Below, piece after piece: positions 17,136 through 23,325 of a stretch of 23,325 bases of DNA. Location: the IMG/VR virus record IMGVR_UViG_2585427734_000005; one strand, 5' to 3'. Every line of letters begins with the position of its first letter. Position 1 is the first letter of the stretch. This DNA comes from a virus. Lineage: Duplodnaviria; Heunggongvirae; Uroviricota; Caudoviricetes. The translations under genes and the position numbers were made by a program. The notes beneath the pieces are model-generated. The model was not told where the DNA came from, did no database searches, and worked only from the letters and a program-made list of their open reading frames with translations.

Positions 17136-17225
17136 GTGCTGGTTCTCAAATGTGCGCTAGCTATTGCGGCTGTAATGGCAATTTATTGTCTTGCTGTTGT
17201 TCTTATGGATCGCCTTTCTGATTGA
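17136..17225 (+). CDS. Candidate small hydrophobic peptide, 29 aa (MLVLKCALAIAAVMAIYCLAVVLMDRLSD)
   Basis: GTG start 5 nt downstream of a GGAGG SD (17126-17130). Single predicted TM helix with a charged C-terminus. It overlaps, in another frame, the Cys-rich 74-aa ORF from the track, which has no SD. Confidence 0.3.
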   Translation: MLVLKCALAIAAVMAIYCLAVVLMDRLSD

Positions 17226-17309
17226 TTTTATATTGGCGAGGTGACGGGAGTTAAGTAGAATTGCTGCGGGTGCTTGAGGCTATCTGCCTCAGGCATGAAC
17301 ACCAAAGGC

Positions 17310-17388
17310 AGATAGAGAAAAGCCCCAGTTAACATTACGCGTCCTGCAAGACGCTTAACATTAATCTGAGGCTCAATCTATGAACGGC
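17310..17388 (-). ncRNA. Putative Sok-like antisense RNA of the hok locus
   Basis: Minus-strand promoter: -35 TTGCCT (plus 17418-17423), 17-bp spacer, -10 TAACCT (plus 17395-17400), same layout as the R1 Sok promoter as recalled. The transcript would be antisense to the hok leader and end at a GCGTC/GACGC hairpin followed by a U-rich run. Boundaries are approximate. Confidence 0.35.
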
Positions 17389-17436
17389 AAATCTAGGTTA
17401 GCCTCTTACGTGCCGAAAGGCAAGGAGAAGCAGGCT

Positions 17437-17592
17437 ATGAAGCAGCAAAAGGCGATGTTAATCGCCCTGATCGTCATCTGTTTAACCGTTATAGTGACGG
17501 TACTGGTAACGAGGAAAGACCTCTGCGAGGTACGAATCCGAACCGACCAGACGGAGGTCGCTGTCTTCACAGCTTACGAACTTGGGGAGTAA
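17437..17592 (+). CDS. hokD: Hok-family type I toxin (HokD/RelF-like), 51 aa
   Basis: MKQQKAMLIALIVICLTVIVTVLVTRKDLCEVRIRTDQTEVAVFTAYELGE is near-identical to HokD/RelF as recalled. AAGGAG SD at 17422-17427, an upstream in-frame mok-like ORF from 17380, and a 3' hairpin GCGGGGA-GAAA-TCCCCGC (17601-17618). Confidence 0.8.
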   Translation: MKQQKAMLIALIVICLTVIVTVLVTRKDLCEVRIRTDQTEVAVFTAYELGE

Positions 17593-18055
17593 GAGGACCA
17601 GCGGGGAGAAATCCCCGCAACCTCTGATGTATTATGCATCCTCAACGCAGCCACAGTTAACCTGATTGGCGGGGTTACTTCATCTGTAAATATTTTTTTA
17701 AAAATAATGCCCACGCACAGCATAAAACAAAAAGTATTACAGATAAAAAAGGAACGTAATGTGCAGATTTGTTGTTTTCCATATTTACTCACCTTAATAT
17801 GATTAACCCTGATAGGGTTGTTATTTCAGCGGTTTTCAAATGAGATATTATGGTGATCTGACAAATTTGCATAACATTAAAATTTAATTTGTTTAACCGC
17901 TTTTAATAATAAGCGTTGTTTGTATCCCAGCAATCTGTTGTTTGGTTTTTATTCCATTAAGGTGGGGGCTTTACACTGGAACCAGTTTATTTATACTTTA
18001 TACGTCAGCCTGAACAACTGGCATCTGCTGCACTGCGCCATCGAGAGATTGAGAA

Positions 18056-18655
18056 ATGGCGCATATACAACTGGTCAAACAAACTTCTTCTGGTTTACTT
18101 CTCCCGGCGACGCCGGAGAGTTGCGATTTTCTGCATCAAATCAAAATAGGTGAGTGGATACACGTAGACTTTAAGCGTGTGCGTAACTACGCATTCCACA
18201 AGCGTTTTTTCAAACTCCTGCAACTGGGATTCGATTACTGGACTCCGGTCGGTGGGGCGATCACGCCTCGCGAACGAGAACTGCTGTCTGGTTTCGTTGA
18301 TTACCTGTGCGAATCAGTTGGTCGGGAACACACGCCAGCCCTGAGTGATGCCGCAGAGCAATACCTTAACACCGTTGCGACTCGTAGAACCCGGGATACG
18401 GCGTTGCTAAAGTCGTTTGAGGCTTTCCGCGAGTGGGTAACCATTCAGGCCGGATTTTACACCGAGCATATTTATCCGGACGGTAGCCGTGGGCGTCGGG
18501 CAAAATCCATCGCTTTTGCGAATATGGACGAAGTCGAGTTTCAGCAGGTTTATAAATCTGTACTGAATGTGCTGTGGAACTGGATTCTGTTCCGTAAATT
18601 CTCCTCTCAGGAGGAAGTTGAAAATGTGGCCGCACAACTACTGGAGTTTGCGTAA
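18056..18655 (+). CDS. Phage protein (DUF1367-like; position equivalent to Qin ydfU N-terminal part), 199 aa
   Basis: ORF with ATG at 18056, translationally coupled to the next gene (TAATG at 18653-18657). The family call comes from recalled gene order in lambdoid prophages (DUF1367, YbcO, Q) and is not confirmed by sequence. Confidence 0.5.
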   Translation: MAHIQLVKQTSSGLLLPATPESCDFLHQIKIGEWIHVDFKRVRNYAFHKRFFKLLQLGFDYWTPVGGAITPRERELLSGFVDYLCESVGREHTPALSDAAEQYLNTVATRRTRDTALLKSFEAFREWVTIQAGFYTEHIYPDGSRGRRAKSIAFANMDEVEFQQVYKSVLNVLWNWILFRKFSSQEEVENVAAQLLEFA

Positions 18656-19122
18656 TGGTGAATTTACGTAAAGCGGCTAAAGGCCAGATGTGCCAGATCA
18701 GAATCCCTGGCTACTGCAATCACAATCCCGAAACCTCTGTGCTGGCGCATTACAGGCTGGCGGGGACGTGCGGAACAGCGACAAAACCACACGATATGCA
18801 GGCGGCGATAGCCTGTAGCTCATGCCACGATCTAATCGACGGGCGGGTAAAAACCAGCGATTACACCAAAGAAGAATTGCGCCTGATGCATGCTGAAGGG
18901 GTTTTCGCACACAAGAAATCTGGAGAAAGAAAGGTCATTTATGATTTACCCAACGAATACAGGAAAAAGCGGAGAACACCTTCGCCTCACCACGCTGGAA
19001 AGTGTCTGGATTCAGGGAAAACTACGTATGTGGGGGCGCTGGTCGTATATTGGCGGTGGCAGGTCAGGGAATATGTTCAATCAGTTGTTGGCATCCAAAA
19101 AACTGACGAAAACAGCCATTAA
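18655..19122 (+). CDS. YbcO-like protein (DUF1364, Cys-rich putative nuclease), 155 aa ORF, about 60 aa longer than typical YbcO
   Basis: N-terminal 95 aa (MVNLRKAAKGQMCQIRIPGYCNHNPETSVLAHYRLAGTCGTATKPHDMQAAIACSSCHDLIDGR...) resembles DLP12 YbcO as recalled. The ORF then continues and overlaps the next gene by about 180 nt. Confidence 0.55.
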   Translation: MVNLRKAAKGQMCQIRIPGYCNHNPETSVLAHYRLAGTCGTATKPHDMQAAIACSSCHDLIDGRVKTSDYTKEELRLMHAEGVFAHKKSGERKVIYDLPNEYRKKRRTPSPHHAGKCLDSGKTTYVGALVVYWRWQVREYVQSVVGIQKTDENSH

Positions 19123-19483
19123 TGAAGCCCTGCGCAGAATGAAAAAAGCGGGAATAGAGAAAGCTGAGCTGGAAGCGTTTTTGCGAGAGATGATCAACGG
19201 CAAGCAAAAGAGCTGGCTGGCGCATTGTACTGATGCAGAGGCGTTATGTATTGATCGAGTCATAAGTGAGGTGCTGGCAGAGCATCCAGGATTGATTTGC
19301 ATTCTCCGGCAACGCTATGAAGGGCGGGGGATGACTAAGCGCAAAATGGCTGAATTGCTAAATGATGCACACCCAGAGTGGTGTTTTAGCACATGCGAAA
19401 AACGGATTGCTAATTGGTTAGCTGTTGCTGAGTATGCCCTATATATTCCCATGCGTGAATCATTTGCTGAGAAAATGGCTTGA
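18941..19483 (+). CDS. Putative late-gene antiterminator (Q-like), about 180 aa
   Basis: Positioned directly upstream of the terminator and the moron/lysis region. It has a ...LESVW...WGRWSY... segment reminiscent of the LERWGAW motif of Q21/QuuD-type antiterminators. The start is uncertain (ATG 18941 with a weak SD; the ORF opens at 18890). Confidence 0.45.
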   Translation: MIYPTNTGKSGEHLRLTTLESVWIQGKLRMWGRWSYIGGGRSGNMFNQLLASKKLTKTAINEALRRMKKAGIEKAELEAFLREMINGKQKSWLAHCTDAEALCIDRVISEVLAEHPGLICILRQRYEGRGMTKRKMAELLNDAHPEWCFSTCEKRIANWLAVAEYALYIPMRESFAEKMA

Positions 19484-19563
19484 TTTCTTACGTATAAACT
19501 GCTTCAATTTTGCTATGCTTCGTAAAGCTGTATCGCGAGGCGGATTGCAGACATGGACATCGT

Positions 19564-19590
19564 AAAAAAACCGCTTAATGCGGTTTTTTT
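19564..19590. terminator. Intrinsic (bidirectional) terminator downstream of the Q-like gene
   Basis: AAAAAAACCGC-TTAAT-GCGGTTTTTTT: GC stem flanked by an A7 run on one side and a T7 run on the other. Confidence 0.7.
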
Positions 19591-20527
19591 ACGTCAGGAA
19601 AGCAGGGGAGAATGCTGCTAGTTGGGCAACTGGTCTTTCTGCTCCAAATTATAACAGAGACCAGTTATAGTTTCGGTGCTGTGTTTTTTTTACAATATTG
19701 TGATAACACATTGCTGGCGGGAGTTTTGATATTTCTTGGCAGGGGCTGATGATGCGTTATCCTGATGTCGTCAACTCATATAAAATGAGATGAGAGATCA
19801 TTGCAGGGTGGTTTGTAATTCGCTGTTTAGCGGGACAATATGTTGTCTGATACAAGACACCCGACGCCTCAGATTACTATAATAAAGATGAAGCATCCTT
19901 TGTATTGACCAACCACCTGTTTAGGCGGTTCTTTTTGGGCTGGTTTATTGTATGCAAAATGATTATTAAAAAGGTTGTGTTAATAACAAAATCCGAAATA
20001 ATATGCCTGCATATTTTTATCTTGCTTATATTCTGCATATTGTGCATAGCAGGCTCATCCCTGCAATCAAAACTGTATGATGAGTATTTTTTGTTTTCCT
20101 TTTTTCCAGTCATCTGATGATGACCTGCTTCTTTTTAATCCGGATCGACATCAGTTTTTTAAGATAATTCCTGCGAGTTATATGCATAAATGCCACAAAC
20201 TCCGCATTTTATGTGGTTGGGAGTTGCCGGGCGCGCAGTGAGTTTGCTAAGAAAACTCCTGCATGGTGAATCCCCCTGTGCGGTGGGGTGATACCATTAA
20301 CCTTTTCTGTCGCCGACAGGTATCACGAACATTTTGTTCACCGGGAGGCACCCGGCACCATGCACTTCAATAGATTCTCTCCACATTATGGATATTCTTT
20401 CAGAATATCCCACGCAGACTTTGTGTAAATGTTAACAAATGTGCGTTTTATTTGATCTGATTCGCTGTTTGAGCGTCCAAAACAACGGTATATATAATCC
20501 TTTACTATATGACATATGTGAGGAAAA

Positions 20528-20956
20528 ATGGGTTTTCGTAGCGCATCAATTCCTACGTTGATTATTAGTGGGATTATTATCGGGTGCACTGATGCTGTAT
20601 CGACAAATTATCATGACCGTACATCATATTACTCCGATAAAGCAATAGAGACACAGTATGTGAGTTCATCTGAACGTACTTCTGATGTTAGTGAGGATAT
20701 CCGTCTGTATGCCCATCAAATCAAGAGCGCCATCGAAAAACAGTTCGGGGATGCGAGTAAGTATTCAGGAAAAGAGTGTACACTGAGAATGCATATGGCC
20801 CCGAATGGCCTTCTACTGGAGGTTAAAAGAGAAAGTGGAGACCTCGATTTATGTCGTGAAGCGATGAATGCGATAAAGAATGCTGATATACCTGCCCCCC
20901 CTTCGCCGGAAGTATATAAAGTATTTCAAAATGGGGTGCTGGATTTTAAACCCTGA
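20528..20956 (+). CDS. Lipoprotein with TolA domain-III-like C-terminal domain, 142 aa
   Basis: Signal peptide with lipobox IIGC and Thr at +2; SD GAGG 5 nt upstream. C-terminal region YAHQIKSAIEKQFGDASKYSGKECTLRMHMAPNGLLLEVKRESGDLDLCREAMNAIKNADIPAPPSPEVYKVFQNGVLDFKP parallels the TolA C-terminus (...YAGQIKSAIESKFYDASSYAGKTCTLRIKLAPDGMLLDIKPEGGDPALCQAALAAAKLAKIPKPPSQAVYEVFKNAPLDFKP) as recalled. Confidence 0.8.
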   Translation: MGFRSASIPTLIISGIIIGCTDAVSTNYHDRTSYYSDKAIETQYVSSSERTSDVSEDIRLYAHQIKSAIEKQFGDASKYSGKECTLRMHMAPNGLLLEVKRESGDLDLCREAMNAIKNADIPAPPSPEVYKVFQNGVLDFKP

Positions 20957-21106
20957 TATTTATTGTTTTGTAATAAACGGTTTCGGCTTAGGTTTGTTCT
21001 GACACAGCTACGGCACTGAGCTAAATTTAGCGGATAGTCAGCTCTGAGCCAGTGGCGGACGTAACAACTACTATTGCTGAGATTTTAATGGATTGAGGAG
21101 CAAGAA

Positions 21107-21502
21107 GTGGGATTAAAGAAAATCGTTATGTTGACTTTTTGGGTCGGTTTTGTTGCGGGATGCACACCTTTACACCCTTCAGATTGCCACAAAACTACTG
21201 CTACAGGTAGTTGCAGTTCAGGACGCTGGGATGATCAGGATGAATGGGGGGCGCAAGCGCGGGGAATCAGAGCTGCAATTAATGCCAAACTTGATGAGCC
21301 GCATAACTGGAAAGGGAAAAAATGCAGGTTGCATATGGAATTCTCTCAGGATGGCACGGCGTTAAAAATATCTACCAGTAACGGTGATAAAGCCTATTGC
21401 GAAGCGATAAAGTCCGCAGCTCATAAAGCCAAATTTCCGGCCTTCAACAATCCGGAAGTCTACAGAGATTTTCAGAAATCTGGCTTTGACATGCGAGGTT
21501 AG
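21107..21502 (+). CDS. Second lipoprotein with TolA domain-III-like C-terminal domain (divergent paralog), 131 aa
   Basis: GTG start 6 nt after GAGGAG; signal peptide with lipobox VAGC and Thr at +2. The C-terminal region (GKKCRLHMEFSQDGTALKIS...YCEAIKSAAHKAKFPAFNNPEVYRDFQ) shares the TolA-III-like pattern of the upstream paralog. Confidence 0.7.
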   Translation: MGLKKIVMLTFWVGFVAGCTPLHPSDCHKTTATGSCSSGRWDDQDEWGAQARGIRAAINAKLDEPHNWKGKKCRLHMEFSQDGTALKISTSNGDKAYCEAIKSAAHKAKFPAFNNPEVYRDFQKSGFDMRG

Positions 21503-21627
21503 CTCTTCAATTACTATATCTCATTCATAGCAAACTGACAGATTTGATGATGTTCTATATACGAAACCTGTGATGTCAAGTCTGAGCTAATACAAATAAA
21601 CATAATATCAGAGAAATACATTTTATT

Positions 21628-21653
21628 AGCTCGCTACGGCGAGCTTTTTATAT
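21628..21653. terminator. Intrinsic terminator-like hairpin between the second TolA-like gene and the holin gene
   Basis: Perfect 7-bp stem AGCTCGC/GCGAGCT with loop TACG, followed by TTTTTATATT and preceded by an A/T-rich run. Confidence 0.5.
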
Positions 21654-21753
21654 TGCATCGTCTCCAGCATATATATCAATTAAGGCTCTGATTGATGTGT
21701 CTGAAAGCCTACACATAATAACTATGCCATCCGTTCCGTGCGGAGGTGAGGCT

Positions 21754-21969
21754 ATGAAATCCATGGACAAAATTTCAACAGGCATTGCCTACGGCACCTC
21801 CGCAGGCAGTGCTGGCTACTGGTTTTTACAGTTGCTCGATAGAGTAACTCCGTCACAGTGGGCTGCAATCGGTGTGCTGGGTAGTCTGGTATTTGGCCTG
21901 CTGACGTACCTGACAAACCTTTATTTCAAGATTAAAGAAGATAAGCGCAAGGCTGCGAGAGGTGAATAA
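21754..21969 (+). CDS. Holin (phage 21 S21-type pinholin, EssD/EssQ-like), 71 aa
   Basis: [71 protein letters not shown] with the dual-start motif M-K-S-M, two TM segments and a charged C-terminus. GGAGGTGA SD; stop overlaps the endolysin start (TAATG). Confidence 0.9.
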   Translation: MKSMDKISTGIAYGTSAGSAGYWFLQLLDRVTPSQWAAIGVLGSLVFGLLTYLTNLYFKIKEDKRKAARGE

Positions 21970-22466
21970 TGCCTCCATCATTACGAAAAGTCGTTGCTGC
22001 TGCTATTGGTGGCGGAGCAATTGCTATAGCATCAGTGTTAATCACTGGCCCAAGTGGTAACGATGGTCTGGAAGGTGTCAGCTACATACCATACAAAGAT
22101 ATTGTTGGTGTATGGACTGTATGTCACGGGCATACAGGAAAAGACATCATGCTCGGTAAAACGTATACCAAAGCAGAATGCAAAACACTCTTGAATAAAG
22201 ACCTTGCCACGGTCGCCAGACAAATTAACCCGTACATCAAAGTCGATATACCGGAAACAACGCGCGGCGCTCTTTACTCATTCGTTTACAACGTGGGTGC
22301 TGGCAATTTCAGAACATCGACGCTTCTTCGCAAAATAAACCAGGGCGATATCAAAGGCGCATGTGATCAGCTACGTCGCTGGACATATGCTGGCGGTAAG
22401 CAATGGAAAGGTCTCATGACTCGTCGTGAGATTGAGCGTGAAATCTGTTTGTGGGGTCAGCAATGA
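21969..22466 (+). CDS. SAR endolysin (phage 21 R21-type lysozyme, glycoside hydrolase family 24), 165 aa
   Basis: N-terminal signal-anchor-release segment ([18 protein letters not shown]) followed by a T4-lysozyme-like domain; near-identical to R21/RrrD as recalled. Confidence 0.9.
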   Translation: MPPSLRKVVAAAIGGGAIAIASVLITGPSGNDGLEGVSYIPYKDIVGVWTVCHGHTGKDIMLGKTYTKAECKTLLNKDLATVARQINPYIKVDIPETTRGALYSFVYNVGAGNFRTSTLLRKINQGDIKGACDQLRRWTYAGGKQWKGLMTRREIEREICLWGQQ

Positions 22467-22927
22467 ACAGAGTAACCGCGATTATCTCCGCTCTGGTTAT
22501 CTGCATCGTCGTCTGCCTGTCATGGGGTGTTAATCATTACCGTGATAACGCCATCGCCTACAAAGAACAGCGCGACAAAAATGCCAGAGAACTGAAGCTG
22601 GCGAACGCGGCAATTACTGACATGCAGATGCGTCAGCGTGATGTTGCTGCGCTCGATGCAAAATACACGAAGGAGTTAGCTGATGCGAAAGCTGAAAATG
22701 ATGTTCTGCGTGATGATGTTGCCGCTGGTCGTCGTCGGTTGCACATCAAAGCAGTCTGTCAGTCAGTGCGTGAAGCCACCACCGCCTCCGGCGTGGATAA
22801 TGCAGCCTCCCCCCGACTGGCAGACACCGCTGAACGGGATTATTTCCCCCTCCGGGAACGACTGGTAATGATGCAGGCCCAACTTGAAGGTGCTCAGCAA
22901 TACATAACCGAGCAGTGTTTAAAGTAA
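22463..22927 (+). CDS. Rz (inner-membrane spanin), 154 aa
   Basis: ATG overlaps the endolysin stop (ATGA). N-terminal TM segment followed by a coiled-coil-like periplasmic domain; matches RzpD/RzpQ-type Rz as recalled. Confidence 0.9.
   Translation: MNRVTAIISALVICIVVCLSWGVNHYRDNAIAYKEQRDKNARELKLANAAITDMQMRQRDVAALDAKYTKELADAKAENDVLRDDVAAGRRRLHIKAVCQSVREATTASGVDNAASPRLADTAERDYFPLRERLVMMQAQLEGAQQYITEQCLK
22683..22868 (+). CDS. Rz1 (outer-membrane lipoprotein spanin), 61 aa, embedded in the +1 frame of Rz
   Basis: Lipobox VVGC and a proline-rich mature region ([22 protein letters not shown]), fully nested within Rz. Confidence 0.85.
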   Translation: MRKLKMMFCVMMLPLVVVGCTSKQSVSQCVKPPPPPAWIMQPPPDWQTPLNGIISPSGNDW

Positions 22928-23037
22928 AATCTTAACTACAATATGATTCATTTTGATGATTGTTTCATAAGGAACAGTGAAGTAAGATCTAAGAGGAGTT
23001 AAATTTTATACAGTATAATCATAATATTGCAGCAAGT

Positions 23038-23325
23038 AGACTGGCCCCATGAATCTCCAGACAACCAATATCACTTAAATAAGTGATAGTCTTAATACTA
23101 GTTTTTAGACTAGTCATTGGAGAGCAGATGATTGATGTCTTAGGACCGGAGAAACGCAGACGGCGTACTACACAGGAAAAGATCGCTATTGTTCAGCAGA
23201 GTTTTGAACCGGGAATGACGGTCTCCCTTGTTGCCCGGCAACACGGTGTGGCAGCCAGCCAGTTATTTCTCTGGCGCAAGCAATACCAGGAGGGAAGTCT
23301 TACTGCTGTGGCCGCAGGAGAGCAG
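23038..23325 (+). mobile_element. IS2 insertion sequence, left end (continues beyond the window)
   Basis: Sequence from TAGACTGGCCCC... matches the IS2 left terminal inverted repeat as recalled, followed about 90 bp later by the insC start. Confidence 0.85.
23128..23325 (+). CDS. insC: IS2 transposase OrfA (InsC), N-terminal 66 codons (partial at window edge)
   Basis: [66 protein letters not shown] matches IS2 InsC. GGAGAGC SD upstream. Truncated by the window end. Confidence 0.9.

Noticed and set aside
16997-17221. Cys-rich 74-aa ORF (…CTSNTGGCRAGSQMCASYCGCNGNLLSCCCSYGSPF), considered as a possible RiPP or microcin precursor
   Set aside because: No SD, opens with GTG, and no modification, export or immunity genes nearby. 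The same DNA encodes a better-supported 29-aa hydrophobic peptide in another frame, with a GGAGG SD.
19877-20117. Overlapping 78-aa (minus) and 70-aa (plus) ORFs in the AT-rich region after the Q-like gene
   Set aside because: Mutually overlapping on opposite strands in extremely AT-rich DNA, with non-ATG or SD-less starts and low-complexity products; more likely regulatory or moron promoter DNA. A small membrane protein cannot be fully excluded.
19600-20527. Searched for tRNA genes in the Q-to-lysis moron region (as found in Stx phages)
   Set aside because: No T-arm-like GTTCGAATC-type motifs or cloverleaf-compatible segments were seen by eye; cannot be fully excluded without a tRNA scan.

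Overview
The window is a composite lambdoid (Rac-like) prophage segment from an enterobacterial genome, read here left to right. (1) 1-7054, all minus strand: integrase, excisionase, ydaC, ralR, recT, a disrupted recE, racC, ydaE, kilR, ydaF and ydaG, with sieB on the plus strand. (2) 7226-10124: an immunity and replication module with a RacR-like repressor flanked by repeated operators, divergent Cro-like (YdaS-like) and YdaT-like genes, and a replisome-organizer gene carrying two internal iteron arrays plus an AT-rich tract (putative origin). (3) 10125-17600: a cargo island where K-12 Rac carries trkG, holding a BetT/BetU-like BCCT transporter, a large membrane protein, and a minus-strand MFS (frameshifted at a C12 tract) / ChaC-like / LysR cluster; three copies of a GTCYGCT-N10-AGCRGAC hairpin sit in its intergenic regions. 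(4) 17136-17620: a candidate 29-aa hydrophobic peptide and a hok/sok-type type I toxin locus. (5) 18056-22927: a phage-21/Qin-like late region with DUF1367-like, YbcO-like and Q-like genes, intrinsic terminators, two lipoproteins with TolA domain-III-like C-termini in the moron slot between Q and the lysis genes, then pinholin, SAR endolysin and Rz/Rz1. (6) 23038-23325: the left end of an IS2 element. The most notable candidate is the TolA-III-like lipoprotein pair (possible Tol-dependent phage or colicin exclusion decoys). All calls rest on reading the sequence and on protein sequences recalled from memory; no database search was run.
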